Assembly (NCBI GenBank): GCA_951406725.2
Contig: OX597815.1
Location: 21,948,001 to 22,012,000, forward strand
DNA from: Octopus vulgaris
Taxonomy: Eukaryota
Reading direction: 5' to 3'
Length of the DNA: 64,000 nucleotides
This document shows positions 39,900 through 55,339 of this stretch, in pieces. The translations under genes and the position numbers were made by a program. Below the pieces are notes generated by a model. The model did not search any database and was not told the origin of the DNA. It saw nothing but the letters and a program-made list of their open reading frames with translations. Each line of letters opens with the position of its first letter. Position 1 is the stretch's first letter.

Positions 39900-41507
39900 G
39901 TATATATATGTGTATATATACATATATCTATATATGTACATATATACATATACATATATACATATATATACATACGTACAGACACATAGTGTGGGCGCGT
40001 GTGTGTATGAGTGTGCACATATACATATGTACATATTCATATGTAAGTGTATATATATATACATCATCTAGGCAAAATATTATATAGATATATATGTATG
40101 TATGTGTGTTTGTGTTTGATTTACACATACATACATGTATGCATATTGATTTGTGTATCTAAATATGTTTGTATTGATTTTGGACTGTATCAAAATTTAT
40201 ACTTTACATGCAAATCATACATACATTTTTAGTAGCATAAGCGCCTTAGGTGGCATATTTACTTGGGTATATTTTCTGCACAAATTGTTTCATTCTTCAT
40301 TATATATTTAGAGCAACCAATGCAATTACATTTTTATATAATCTTTTTGTGCATCAGCTTTGTTTATTTGATAATTTTATACCGTATATACATACAAATT
40401 CACATATGCATACATCTGCATATACAGACTGATGTTTGGCTGTAGCTTTTTGAATTCATATTTTCTGATAGTTTAAAAATTTGATAATAATATTTGTCTA
40501 TCATGATTAGTGTTGAACCATGATGGAAGTGTAAAAATAACTGTCGCCCCTATTGTGGCTAAAAGCTAAAATCAATGTAAATTTTAGCGACGAAGGAAAT
40601 AAGATAAAACTGGCAACTGTCAAGTAGTTTTGATATTAAATTACACATTTTTTTGTTATTCTTAAGCTATTTTTCTTGAACTAAAGCCATTTTTTTTCCT
40701 GATATGAATTCTGCATGCATTTCAGAAACAAATATCATTGTTACATTAAAGATAATCGTACGTATTCTGAAATAGAAATAACTTCGTAATAATCATTCAT
40801 TTTAAATCGCTGTTTGAATGAGTAATCGTATTTGCTGTTCTGCTCTTCTAAAATAAACTATCAGAATTTTGTTCTTTGCCACTTCCACCCCACATATTCC
40901 TTCTTTCTTCAGTGTTGCAGTCAGTTATCATATATTAAAAGATGATTAGAATTGCTACTTTTACAGTTGGTTTGCCAGTTTATTGAGCATTGCGTTTGTA
41001 TTATCTGTTGGTCTGCAATTTGATCTAAAGAAGACAATCATAGGTTTAAACCATCTTCTAGATTTAGTTACATTACACACAAGTCAAACTCGTTATGGCG
41101 TTCAGCTCTTCGTAAATATATTAGGGATGTAAGTATAGGGAAAATGTCAGCAGTTTAGAATCGTAACTTTTAACCAGGCTCAGTCGCATCACAATAAACT
41201 TTAATCATATACAGCAGCGGACAGACAGAAATTTTTAGATCATCGAAAAAAAATTGCATAATATGTTCAAATCCTGCCGAGGTCAGCTTTCCTTTTCATC
41301 CCTTTGGGGCCGATAAAGTAAAATATGGGTAAATTACAGAAGACGATTTACTCAGCTAACCCTGTCCATCCATATTTCCGACCCTGTGTTTATATTAGAA
41401 ATACTGTTTCCAATATTTGTGCGTGTATGTGTGTGTGTATATCTATATGTGTATAGGTATATGTATGTGCGTTTATGCCTCTATATATAATGAACGTATA
41501 AGTATCT

Positions 41508-43352
41508 CTACAGCATCCGCAGGTCTCGAAAGATCATAGGTTCTGTACCTAGAGAATTTTGTGTTAGCTGCTGATGGTGGTGCAGTATCTGTTGTGGTTG
41601 TACAGGCCTACTCGGGAGTGGCAGTCTTCCATGCAGTGACTGGATTCGAAGATGTCCTCCACTGGCTCTATTGCATTTTCCTCTCTTTGAGCGCGCTCTT
41701 TTTCGGTGGCAAGTTTCAGTTTTCCCCCCTCGCTCCATCACTTTGTGTGATTCTTGTTGCCAGTATGGGTGATCATTAGCGACCTCTTTCCATCTCAGGA
41801 TGTGTTCCTCGCTGATCTCAATACTTGCAGCACTGCAATGGTGGGTTGGTGTTTGTGCTTCAACATAGCAACGTGCTTCAACTCCATGAGCACATTGAAT
41901 TCATTCGCACTCGCCTCAAACCAGTTCTGTGTCATTTTTCGCCTCTTCCCAACAGCCCTCGATACAGTGCCTTTGATGGCACTACGAGATTCCTAGCTTT
42001 GCTGAACATTACCTTCCGGTAGATCTGTAAGGAGGGCGTACTCCAGTGACTTAAGGAATGCATATTTCTAGGCTGCCGCTGTAGCATTGATACGCTGCTT
42101 GCCTGAAGGCTTAGCGCAGCGCATCATTTTTGGTTAGGGTTTGAGATTGCAGCAAACCAGGTATTGATTTGTGTCACAGTCAGCATTCTGAAAGGATCGA
42201 GTCAGGAGCACGATCCTCATTTTCTGAGGATTATATCTAGCTGGTGCCAGTACTCTACGTGAGGATGACGCCATAAAACCCTGTGTCAAGCTTTGGCCTT
42301 GAAGTTGATGTCGGTGACACTCAGTCCACATAGCATGCAGTGCATTCAAGTTACCGACACTGTATATTCCTAGACACTCTGTCCAGGAATCGTGATCGGC
42401 TGCCACTCTGGCGTTGGAGTTACAAAGTAGCATCAGCTGTTCTCCATTTGGGATTACCTGTATTTTCTTCGAAACTGATCGTAAAACTTATCCTTGTCAT
42501 CTCGAGAGGAATAGAGGGTTAGGGCATAAATACTGACGAAGTTGATGGGCCCATCTGAAGTGTGCAGAGTAAGCGAATCGGCTCCGAACCGTCCCTGCTA
42601 AGTCCACCGACTTCAATAGTGAGTCCCTTACATTAAAGCCGACACTATGCTCTCTAGCTTCATCTATACATTTCCCTTACCAGAAAAAAAGTATGCTCTC
42701 CCTCATGAAGGGTCCCAAAATATGGGAGCTGCGTTTCCTGGCATATCCACGTGAAGTTGTAGCAGTTCGTTGTTGATAGCCGATGTCTTGCGCGTGCCGC
42801 AGGCCATTTGAAGATCCTCAAACAGACCAGTTGTCATGGTCCGTATGTTCCAAATCCAAGTCTGAATTCTGGTTTCTTATATTATTTGTTTGTTGCTTTT
42901 CTTGGTGCAGTGTTTACAGTCTACGATTCAGGATATTAATATCTCTAAGCCCCACGCACCCAGTGGACCTGGTGGCTAGAAGCTTCCCTACTTAAGGCGG
43001 TCCAGTGAGGCATATTGGCTTCTTCCTCCGTCGAAAGCACCTTGCTCCTATGCCGATCATCTGCAGGTTTATAACCTGTTGACTGCTGCTTTCTGTGTCT
43101 TGCTGCCATGGTGAGCGAGCTGAAGTTTCTTCTTCAGGACGCAGTCCTGGGCAGGATTTTATGGGTGATCGGCAGTTCCCATGTAGCATAACTACCCTCT
43201 CCACTGCCATCGGTGTTGTCCAGAGTAAATGCTGGGGCCAATATGACTTGGCACCAGCGGGGTCGCAGGAGTTACTAGAGCAAGGCTGGATATAACATCG
43301 AACTACTTTAGGGACTTCGGCTCCGGATTTACTCCCGAAGCCTTTCTCTTAA
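41508..43352 (-). mobile_element. RTE (BovB-like) LINE, decayed, with the RT domain deleted
   Basis: Minus strand: 5' UTR, APE endonuclease motifs (NARVAADHDSWTECLG, ADCDTNQYLV, EAREHSVGF), then a jump near 41825 to the C-terminal CMEDCHSRVGLYNHNRYC zinc motif and an RTE-type tail TCTTTCGAGACCTGCGGATGC. Confidence 0.85.
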
Positions 43353-43356
43353 GTGA

Positions 43357-43407
<51 letters not shown>

Positions 43408-43409
<2 letters not shown>

Positions 43410-43817
43410 CGTAAAAGTGGCTGTGTGGTAAGTTGCTTGCTTACGAACTACATGGTTCGGGGTTCAGTCCCACTGCTGGCACCTTGGGCAAGTGTCTTCT
43501 ACTATAGCCTCGGGCCAACCAAAGCCTTGTGAGTGGATTTGGTAGACAGAAACTGAAAGCAGCCCGTCGTATATATGTATATGTATGTATATGTGTTTGT
43601 GTGTGTATATGTTTGTGTGTCTGTGTTTTGTCCCCCCCAACATCGCTTGACAACCGATGCTGGTGTGTTTACGTCCCCGTAACTTAGTGTTTCGGCAAAA
43701 GAGACCGATAGAATAAGTACTAGGCTTGCAAAGAATAAGTCCTAGGGTCGATGTGCTCGACTAAAGGCGGTGCTCCAGCATGGTCACAGTCAAATGACTG
43801 AAACAAGTAAAAGAGTA
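43408..43817 (+). mobile_element. tRNA-derived SINE family B
   Basis: GGCGT..AGTGGCTGTGTGGTAAG head, GGTTCAGTCCC B-box, internal TA/TG microsatellite, GTAAAAGA tail. Confidence 0.9.
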
Positions 43818-46032
43818 TATATATATATAGAGAGAGAGCGAGAGAGAGATGTATATTTACACACACACATATGCATGCGTGTGTGTGTGTGTGTGTGTGT
43901 GTTCATTGACTTGATCCAAGGCAACATTGTCAGATGATAGGATACAAATTGTTGATAGTCAGATGAATTGATGCAGCATAGCGGAAAATGTCCAGTTTAG
44001 ATTCAATGAACCATCGCCAGCGCTTTTAAATTTATGACCCATGATTTGGTAGTTATAATACGTTATGTACTCAGCTATCAAGATTTTACATTGAATGACG
44101 TTGATTTCTCGTTAAGTCTATTAAAACTCTATGTAATTGACTTTTTAAAAATGAAAACAAATTTCATAAATTATTAGTTTTCATCCGAGCCAATCAATAT
44201 GTACGTAGAGATCAATGGGGGAAGAATTCTCTTAACGAAAATTGATTTTTTTTCCTTCCCGATTGAATCTATTTCATTCCCGCTGTTTCTTGAAATAGTC
44301 AAGTCTCAATATTTAACACTCCGCCCACTTTCAACTCGTTGTCGGTGAAAGAAATTAATATTTCCGGTTATTTCCTCTACTTCAAAGGCTTACTCTAAAG
44401 ACGAACACATCCCTCGTGAAATTATTACCTGAACTTGTGATTTAGATTAGCCGGTTGATTTATATTGACTTGTTACAAAAGCACAAGTATTAAAATTTAT
44501 AGGCGGACAGCAATGACTTTCTGCATTTTCTTCCATTGTACTAAGTAACATAACTGAAATGAAATTAATTGCTTTATACTAGTTTCATTTAGTATATATT
44601 AAGAGTCATACAATTTAAAGAAACCGCGAAAAGAATTTTATAAAGAATATAAACTAATATATTTGCAAATTACATGCAATCGTAGCAGAAAGAAGATAAA
44701 TTTTTCGCCATGCAAGTAGCCTCTATACGAACTATTCGTCAATTCCAAAATGCTTCAAGAGTTTACCAGGGTGACTTATACTGCCAAATGTATCCATTTA
44801 TAGGTAATGATGCAACCCATATGTGATAGTTTTATCCTCAACAAATAGTACCCAAATCGACCTCTGTCGTTTTGAAAAGTAGAATAACACATCTGATCAT
44901 GTAGTTCATGAAAGCAAGAAGAAATGTTTTTGATCAGAGATTTAATTATTTAGAGCCGATAAAATCAATGAAAACATCTTTACTTGATCTCTCAACGTGC
45001 TGAAAATATAAAACCGAATTTCCCTCGATTCACCCTCAACTACCATTAAATGGGAAAGTCATTTAGAAAGATTAGTCTCTGATACAAAATGGTAGTTAGG
45101 TCACAATGCATTTGATCACACATCTCCATCAAAGCTGACCAGGAGTAAACAACAACGACAATGATAACCACAATAATGATGACGAAGACAACAACGATAA
45201 CAACGACGACGACGACGACGGCGGCGGCAGCGACGACGACGACGGCGGCGGCAGCGACGACGACGTAGACGGCGACCATATTAGGTCATTTGGTAGTTCA
45301 AACACAATTAATTAGTTTGCTGTGAGAAAGATAAAAAAACGTATTCATTCCACTATCGAACAACGTACACTGAATGCTGACGCAGAACATCACTAGTTAC
45401 CTCTGATACTATTGTTTATAACAGGAATTAAGTAGATTCGTCCGCAAGGTCTAATTGTCTTGATTACAGATATAACTCAATCATTGAGACAAACTTAGAA
45501 TTATCAACTCATCAGGGTATTCAGTAGCCTAATGATTCGGCGAAAGACATGTCCTCCAGCTTAAAGAAAATATCACCGTAATCATTATACAGTTATTTCC
45601 TTAATGGAAATAGTGGCTTCTTTTGACTTGGAATAACGTTTCTACAATTTTGAAGAAAAAGAAATATTGGAAATGGGAGATTTTTGTGCTTCTCTTCTAT
45701 GAAGAACATTTGTAAATTGAAATTTACAGGGAATAGAAATAAGTTCGTGGACTTTACTCACGAGCTAATAACGTACTACTATAAATATTTTGAAACAAAA
45801 ACATTAGTCATATAATCTTCCCCAGAAATACTTTTTCCTCATCAAACTAAAATGCAACAAATCTCAGGTCATATTTTCACTGCTTACTAACACTCAACAC
45901 TCTTAGATAAAAATTAATATTAAAAAAAAAGAAACATGATATAACCAGAAGACTACTTCACTTGAATGAGATTTCTCTTTTAGCCGGGATCTAGCGTACT
46001 TGAATCTATTTATGACATAAGGAACCAATATA

Positions 46033-46248
46033 CGAGGTGGTTCTGAAAAGTTCCCGGCTTTAAGAGTATCGTGAAAGGCTTGGTTGGAGGCCCAATTTTC
46101 CCAGTTTTTTACGAGGTTTAGAAAAACTGGACGATCGTTGCAATAAGAGTGTGAATCTGAGAAGAGAATATTTTGAATAAAATTATAATTAACTGATGCT
46201 CCTGTCTTTTCTTTTACCCAAAGCTAGGAACAATTCAGCACACCCTCG
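46033..46248 (+). mobile_element. mariner-derived MITE
   Basis: TA-CGAGGTGGTTCTGAAAAGTTCCCGGCTT ... AAGCTAGGAACAATTCAGCACACCCTCG-TA inverted termini. The interior encodes GLEKLDDRCNKSVNLRREYFE*, resembling the mariner transposase C-terminus. Confidence 0.85.
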
Positions 46249-46804
46249 TATGGTTCGTAACACTATCAGATTGTACTCTTTTTTATCGACTCTATAGTTT
46301 CTTAAGGGGAAAGAAAATAGATGATTATTCTTTTCTCGAACATATTGATGGCTTCTGTTGTAAAAATAGATTTACCCTGGCCAAAATCTTACGTTTTTCA
46401 CTACGTCAAAAACGTCAAACGCCTGAAATTTTACAGCAAATAACTACTGCTTGTGAGCATTTATTTTCACTACTGGCGACTAACTAATGACGGAACCTCT
46501 GATTTGCTGCCTGGTTTGAAATAGCAGTTAAATATTCTTCAAATCATAACCTGTTGTCTTTAAAAGTGGTTTTATATTAGATAATGCAGAAGCCTGGAAG
46601 ATAATATGATGAATGTAGCTGGAAAGGGTCATGGCAGCTGTCTTTCTGCCTCTGAACCATTAAAATATGCATAAGGACAATAACAACAACGACAACAACA
46701 ACAACAGCAGCAGCAGCAACGACAACAACTAATTACTGTTGATTAAAAAAAAGTTAATTTTTTCAGTGTGGTGGAATTTTCTTCATCAGTAGCAAAATCT
46801 TAGC

Positions 46805-46855
<51 letters not shown>

Positions 46856-46925
46856 TCATTCTTCCTTTCTTTCTTTCTTTTTATTTCATTCTTCCTTTCT
46901 TTCTTTTTTCTGTCATTCTTCCTTC

Positions 46926-46960
<35 letters not shown>

Positions 46961-47080
46961 TCGTTCCTTCGTTCCTTCGTTCCTTCGTTCCTTTCTTCCT
47001 TTCTTTCTTTCTTTCTTCCTTCCTTCCTCTCTTCCTTCCTTCATCCCTTCCTTCCTTCCTTCCTTCCTTCCTTCCTTCCT

Positions 47081-47148
<68 letters not shown>

Positions 47149-47165
47149 TCCTTCTTCCTTCCTTC

Positions 47166-47198
<33 letters not shown>

Positions 47199-47216
47199 TT
47201 TCTTTCTTTCCTTTCT
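46805..47216. repeat. (TTTC)n/(TTCC)n polypyrimidine tract
   Basis: Directly visible. Confidence 0.95.
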
Positions 47217-48594
47217 CGTCTACTTTATTACTTCTCTATATCGTTCATTGCAAACGAGCTGTGCAGAGTAGGTTTTCGATTAGCAATTCGTTTTTATTCT
47301 TCTTAATTCATATTGTCAATACTACATGGGACAGTTATGGACATCACTTTTCCCTCTTATTCTCTCGTTAAAATCTGAAGGCATTTTACCTAGTCAAAAA
47401 CAAGTCAGCATTTTAAAATATTCAATTAATTTTTCATCAGCACAACCATATAAATTTGACTGCATTTCTGTTTCCTTTCTATTTGTTCTATTTGTTTGTT
47501 GTTTATGTTTATAATTTTCTTTAGAATACTTATCATTCTATTTATAAAACGAACAGTACATCCATTATTGATAATGGTTTGCTCCATTCTGTTAACGGAC
47601 GAAATGAAGGCTAATAACTATGACCTTCTTACTATTTATTTAATCGATGAATCAATAACACAGTGGAATTTCAAAATACTAGGTGGCTTGCTAGACATTG
47701 GCCTGGACTATTAACATTTGCATTAGTGTTAGGATTTAGGCTATTTTCCTGCTAGATACTATTAGCTTGAATATTTATTAAGGACTATCGATTTCTCCAT
47801 TAGTGTTAGCATGTAAAGAATCGCTGAAAGTTGAGTTGTTACAGAGCAGATCTACTGACCGCAGGATCAGCGTTTCGAGATCAGTACTCTTGGCCAAGTC
47901 TCAATAAAATATCGGTAAATGGTTTCTGATGGAAAGGCATTGATTACTGTAATAAACTTCTGGTGAACTTTTTAAAACTGCTGTGATTGACTAGTATTCT
48001 GATCGTTACATAATCTCATTTTACTACTACAAGTAGCGTTGATTATTTGTAATAAATCATTTGTGTGAACGTGTATATATATGTGTGTGTTTATGTATGC
48101 ATGTGCGTGAAGGCGTATGTGTATGTATGTATGTATGTATGTATGTATGTATGTATGTATGTATGTATGTATGTATGTTTGTGGCAGCTACCAAAGAAGT
48201 TATGGATATCACGAAATCCGATGCCCGCTCCTGTAAACTGAATGCCCAATGTAATTAATCATGATTTCACTTGAATGCATGTGGTGCGAACATAAAACGG
48301 TCGAAAGTTCTCGAGGAATCGAGTTCGATATTCAGTTTCGGTTCAGACGAAATTATTGCATTTTAGTTTTATTATAAATAATCAAAGATACTAGAAATGT
48401 TAGTGAGTTAAGTTCATTTCAACATAAAATTGAAGCATATCGGCAACTGAAGAGTATACTTCTTGTTTTATGAAGCCCGTTACCAGATTCTTGGTTCAGG
48501 GCCCTAATTAACTAAATACTATTTTTGTAAACACTAGATATATATACTAGAAAGTAACATTCCTACGAACTATTTAGTCTTTATTCTATATTGT

Positions 48595-48660
<66 letters not shown>

Positions 48661-49733
48661 GATATATATAATATGTATAATATATATAATATATATGTGT
48701 ATATATATATATATGATAAAATATATATAATATATATAATATAAGATATATATAATATATATAGATAATATATAATATTTTTTCTTACATAATTAGATAT
48801 TTAATCGAATATTAACCAAAAAGTTAATAAACAAAAAAAAAAGGCATTAATTAATTTCAATACTTAAAGTATTAATTAATTTAAGTGCTTGAATATTTCT
48901 TCTGTAACTACCCTTCTAATATTTGAAAGAAATTGTTTTGCCACATTCCAATGAGTAAAAGCATATTTATTATGCATATTATTTATTTACAACTGTTGTA
49001 ATTGTTTGTGAAAGCCGTAGTATGTAACATACTAAATAGAGTTGCAGTTGTCCCATACACATGATAACCAAATAAGTTGGTAAAAATTAAATGGAAAAAG
49101 AAAAATCAGCAATATGATTTGTTTAAGTAATTTCTGAAGTTTCTAGGATAACAGAATACAGATTCAAGTTAGCAATCAACGAAGCAAATAAATAGAAAAG
49201 ACAGTTAGTGTTTTTATTATTGTAAGTCTTGGATGGAAGTGACGGTTGTATGAAGGTGGTGCTGTACATTAACGTGATATCGTACCAACTGATTAGATAT
49301 TCTCCGAATGGTCAGAAATGCTTCACACAAAACAGTTTGCCCCGAATTTATATATACTACATTACAATTTAACGTAGCAAAAGATATATTAAAGAAGGAA
49401 AGTTGGTTATCCTCCCTCAGGTTGAAGCAGGCTGAATCACGCTGAGTATCCACCAATGTCTTATCTATTTTTAACTTATCTAACGTAGTAGTCAAGAGTT
49501 GACTTCTACATTATTTCAGCGTATAATGCAAAACTAATTTCGACCAGATTTGATTTAAAAATGTGAGGGGTTGCTGTTCGACGCTTTCTGTATTCAACTG
49601 TATTGACCCTAGTAGTTCATGGAAGGGTTTATCACTAAACTAATATCACTTATACCACATCCCCTTTAATCATAAAGCTTCATCCCATTTCAAGGTTACA
49701 AGTGTAATGTTTCATATACATCAGTCACATATA

Positions 49734-49955
49734 CAGTAATCCTTCGACTATCGCGGGTGTTACGTTCCAAAAACCCACGCAATAGTTGAAAATCCGCGAA
49801 GTACAAACAGTCCTGTACTGTATTTTTGAAAAATTATTTTTATGATTTGTATATATTTATTTTGTCATAAATGCAAAACAACACCACGGATGAATCGACG
49901 TAAGCTTAAATAATAAACCGCGATAGGTGAACAGCAATATGGCGAGGGATTACTG
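49734..49955. mobile_element. Tigger/pogo-type MITE (short copy, opposite orientation to the 35911 copy)
   Basis: TA-CAGTAATCCTTCG ... GGCGAGGGATTACTG-TA. Confidence 0.85.
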
Positions 49956-52645
49956 TATATTCGTCGATAAAGCTACTTTCGCCTGGAGAAGTTATTTTGT
50001 TTTTCTATGTCAGTGTAATGTTTGTAGAGCCTCAAATATCAGGGATGGTAGACGTAAAAATTTCCTTCAAATGTCGAGTTTAAATCTTGGAATTAAAAAC
50101 TCAAAGGATACAGTTGATAACTTAGGTTATTAGAAACAAAATACTCAACAATATTGGATATAGATTGATTAAGTCTGAGACATTTCTATAATTCACAAGC
50201 GAAAACAGTAAATTATTATTTACACATATGTTTAAAAGTTTGTAATATGCTTGAATTTTATAAATTAAAATTTTTTTATCAATTTTTAACAAGAAAAGAC
50301 TCCAAACAAGCAAACAATGTTAAAGTGTAGGAATCTTATGTTAAAAAAATATATCAGGTGAATAATAATTTATATTATTCGACTCTATTTTGAATTTCTG
50401 GTAGTATTAAGCAACTATTAAGTTGACTTGCTTCTTTCCGGGGTGTTATACAATCAATAATTAACTACATTATATTTTGTTTGTCTTTTCGTTTTGGCAT
50501 AAGGCGAAAATTACAATCGACTGAATCGAGATCAATTTATAACTAGAATATGTTTTATTTACACTGGATCGAGGTCAACTTTGCATTCAATTCTTACGAG
50601 ATCGATAAAAAAGTACCAATTCAGGGTAGTGGATTAATAGAACAGTTACAAGGTCGGGTAAGATACCTTGCGGTATGTGTTCCGGTTCTTTACGTTCCTA
50701 CTGCAGAGCCTGCAATACCACTGGTGCCAGGTTGCATCGGCGTAAGAAGGTAGCCTTGGATAAACATCGGTGGTGTGAAAACGGACAGCTTACATGCAGG
50801 GGCAACAGTCTGTACATACATGCGCAGGTGGTAACTTAGTGTCTGGAAGGATTTGAACTCAGAAGGCAGGAACGTTATTATTTATTAGTACAATGTTTCT
50901 CATAGGAGTGGTAATTGTGACGATTAAAAAATGAGGGCGGAGAAGTTACCATGTTCTATAAAATTGGAGGATTTTAAATATTTTATTCTTATTTAACTTC
51001 ACAGAGGAGAAGGTTAGTTACACGGAGACAAATTCTAATAAGATGGAGAATTTCACTGTTTTGTGAGTTCTTTATTGAATTTGCAAGCAGGTTCGGTACC
51101 CTTTCACTTTTGTTACTTAACCCCTCTTACATAGGTAATATATATTTATAACTTTGTTGCAAGCTTCCCTTTTTGAAGGATGGAACAGGCGATCAAATCG
51201 ACCCACCTACTTGATTGCTATTTTATCTTTACTGACCCTGAAAGAATGAAAGGTAAAGTCGAATCCAGAGGGATCTGAACTCAGAATGTAAAGAGGCATA
51301 ACTAAATAGTCTTTGGAAATTGGTACAATGTTCTATTTTACCTGCTAATTGACTTCTCCCTGGGAAGTAATATTGTTGATAGATGATCATACCAGTAAGA
51401 AAATGGAAGCCGGAGAAATATAAGACCGAAGAAATTTAACAGCGCATCATTTTACAAAACATTAGGTTCAGATACCTTCAGGGTGACATAGATTCACTGA
51501 ATGTGCACAGTTAAGTAAGAGGTATATTTTGGCTTTGTCTGAAGATTTCCACATTTTCAGACACGTTTAATTTAATCAATTAATTAGTTGATTAATTAAT
51601 CAATTTTTCATCGCACATGAATCGACCATTTTTTCAACACCCACTCAGTAAATATTAACCAACAAAGTAAAGATTATTCTATTTAAACTAGAAGAATTAT
51701 TGGAGCATGAGTGACGCCAATCTATTTGTAGAATGATCACTGTCAACAAAATAATCCTAAAAACAGTGTTAAGAAAGCTTATTTTTCTACAATAATTTTT
51801 TAAACATTCCAAATCTATGATTTGGGGGGGGGGTTCAGTTCTATTTTGTTGACAGGAAAAAAGAAAACAAGAAACAATTTCTGCCTTTAATCACATTGCC
51901 TAACTTAACTGAATGCATTAATTTGAAATTTATTGCTCCTCATTAGATGTTTGTATTGTTACGGCAGCTCTTATAAGAAGATAAAGATTTAAGTAGAATA
52001 ATATGTGTTATAACAGCAATTCTTGAGATTACCGCAATCGTTTGTTTATATTTAATTTCTCTCGTTTTCTTCCTTATCTTTTATATTAATCATATATTTG
52101 CTCAATCGTTTATTTATTTTGTCAATCGTTTCTGTAAAGAAATGGTCCATAATTTATATAAGTACTTTAAAGGTTGGGATTTAACACCTGGCCTGCAATA
52201 CACTGTCGAAATACGAATAAAGCCGATATTTCAATAGAATGCAATTCGATTGCAGAAGGTAAAGTGGTATTTATCTTATGTCAATGTGATTATATCGATG
52301 TTACACATTAAGTATCGTATTGTAAATGTTCTGGGGTCTTACACATAGCTTCCATTTGTCACTACATTATATTTTGTAATCTTAACGCAAATAAGCTCAC
52401 AAAAGACATGCTTGTATATTGTAATATATTTGGAAGCCATTATATGAACTCACATTCCGAGCGCATACATACACACACATGCATTTGGATTGTATGTTTA
52501 TAAGTAGACTTAAAATATTGGCTAACATAAAACTAGCAAAAGACGAAGAATCTAAATAGTTTATTCAAAATAAATGCCAGTGGACTGTGATTTCGAAATG
52601 TCTCCAGTCTTCACAAGTTGACGAAGTCACGGACACACACACACA

Positions 52646-53003
<358 letters not shown>

Positions 53004-55107
53004 CTAAAAATCTGCTCATCATCCCAAAGTCTTGTACTAACTTAGGACGGTGCTCTATTATATCTGATAATCTGATAAATACTGCTAGTCATTCTTAATG
53101 GGTGGTTATATCGGTTAGACAATAGAAGAGAGAAAATATGAATTAAAGAATTTTATAGGTGCATTTTACATAACAGATGCCTTCAGTGTGAAATAGATTT
53201 ATTGAATGCATACTGTAAAATAAGGAATATATTTTGTCTGAGCATTTTCCAATGATCTTACGAACATTTGCTTCTCCGTGCTGATCAGCTACTCGCTTTT
53301 TTAGTTAAATCTCTTGCGATTTTATGAAGATCATTCCCCAATTCATACCTTCTTTACTTTCAACAGGCAGCTACTATCCATACTCAGACTTGATACGTCA
53401 TGCTTCAGTTCATTAATAGAAATCTCATAATCGTTATCAAATAAGATATGACGACTCAATTTCGTTCACAATCTCTAATACATAATTACTATACATGTCA
53501 AGAAAACAACGTATGAACCTATCCATTTAGACACAAGCTTAGATGTGTAGTTTAAAAGATGCTATATTGTTTCAGTTTTGATCGTACTGTGGGGCATTTT
53601 ATACCATAGCCTTGGGTCGACCAAAAACTTCGAGTAAAAGTTGATGTACCAAAAAACTGTCGAGTCCGTGGTTGGGACCGTCTCTCTTCTTGGGTGTTAT
53701 AAACCTGGCCATGTTGCAATTTTACGAAATCCGCTGTTGCAAGTAATCTGGTTGGTTCTCCAGTCTAAGAACAACTTCTCTCCCTCTTACCATCCTTTAA
53801 TACATTTACAAAGGGTATGGGCGATGCATTTCTTTTTTTTTTTTTGACTAACCGATTAAAAAATGATGAAATAACGAAAACCTAAAATATTTGAGTACGG
53901 TATACACGGTTTCAGAATCTCTATGAATTTTTGATGGGGAACACATCTAAAATTTGTAAAGCCTGCAAAAACTATAACATAAATATTAAACTTTTTGATG
54001 GTTAGACAACATTTCATTCTGATAAGTTGCTACCCTCTAGAAATCATACGTGCGCTCGTAACAGTGCACTTCTTACGTATTATTATACACTGAAATATTG
54101 AAATCCAGATCAAAAAGCGAAGATCGTCACGATGCCAGCACACAACCGTTAGTTCACAAACACGTTATTATTTTGTTCTTTGGGATTAGTGAAGACATCA
54201 TTCTACAAAGATTCGATAAACATGTCGAACTTAGTTAACTGTGATCCTTCCAGTCAAATTCTACATATCGTACGTATCAGTTACATATCCACAAGTATTT
54301 ACTCCTGCCTTATCATACAAGGTGCCTTTGGTATTTCCCACAAACAATCTTATAAAAAAATATATCATAAATGTCTACATCTATATCTACGTACGTGTAT
54401 AGAAAATATACCTAGCATATACTCAAGGCGAACTTGGTTTCTGAGAGTCGCGCATGCAGATTCTCAAAAATATCTTAAATACACGCATAAATGTACAAAC
54501 ATACATGTGTAAGTGAGTGTATAGTGTATAACTGTGTGTGAATGTGTGTCTGTGTTTTTGTATGTGTATATGTGTAAGTGATGTTGGTAGATTTTCGCCG
54601 GGTGGTGCAATTAGTGATTAGTAACTGTAACATTGCATCACAATTGCTCGGAATTCACGTACTGGATGTGAGTTGAGGGTGTGGATTTGTTTGAATGGAG
54701 GATACAGAGCGACGTACGAGGTATCTCAGAAGAGGTTTTCAATCATCTTTTCAGCTATCTCGGAAAGATCAGTAGGAAATAGCATTTCCTGTCAATGTAG
54801 CTCTAAGTAGCATAGTGCATGTAACTTCATGTACGTAATTATATGCACACCTTATAAACTCAAATATGTGCTTGTCGTGGATTCGATGTTTTAGTAACTA
54901 CTATGATTTTCGTTGAATGAGTTTGGATTTAGTTCTGCATAACTCTATAGCTGCATAGCTAGGTTACAAGTAATCATTTCGTTATCAACATATGTATATG
55001 TTTATGCATGTATATACGTATGTATGTATAAATGAATTATGACATATGAATGTACGCATGAACGTTCGTGTGAAGGGATCAGCTGAGTGACTATACGTAT
55101 CCATATA

Positions 55108-55339
55108 AAGGCGGCGAGCTGGCAGAAACGTTAGCGCACCGGACGAAATGCTTAGCGGTATTTCGTCTGTCGTTACGTTCTGAGTTCAAATTCCGCCGAG
55201 GTCGACTGTGCCTTTCATCATCTCGGGGTCGATAAATAAAGTACCAGTTTCGCACTGGGTCGATATAATCGACTTAATTCCTTTGTCTGTCCTTTTTTGT
55301 CCCCTCTATGTTTAGCCCCTTGTGGGCAATAAAGAAATA
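55108..55339 (+). mobile_element. SINE family A
   Basis: Full length; perfect 16-bp TSD tatacgtatccatata (55092-55107 / 55340-55355). Confidence 0.92.

Noticed and set aside
44803-45815. Candidate Ret exon 4 acceptors (after 44803, 45424 and 45729; also 39299 and 53365)
   Set aside because: Each reaches an in-frame stop before a plausible donor and lacks cadherin DxxDxxP or LDRE-like motifs.
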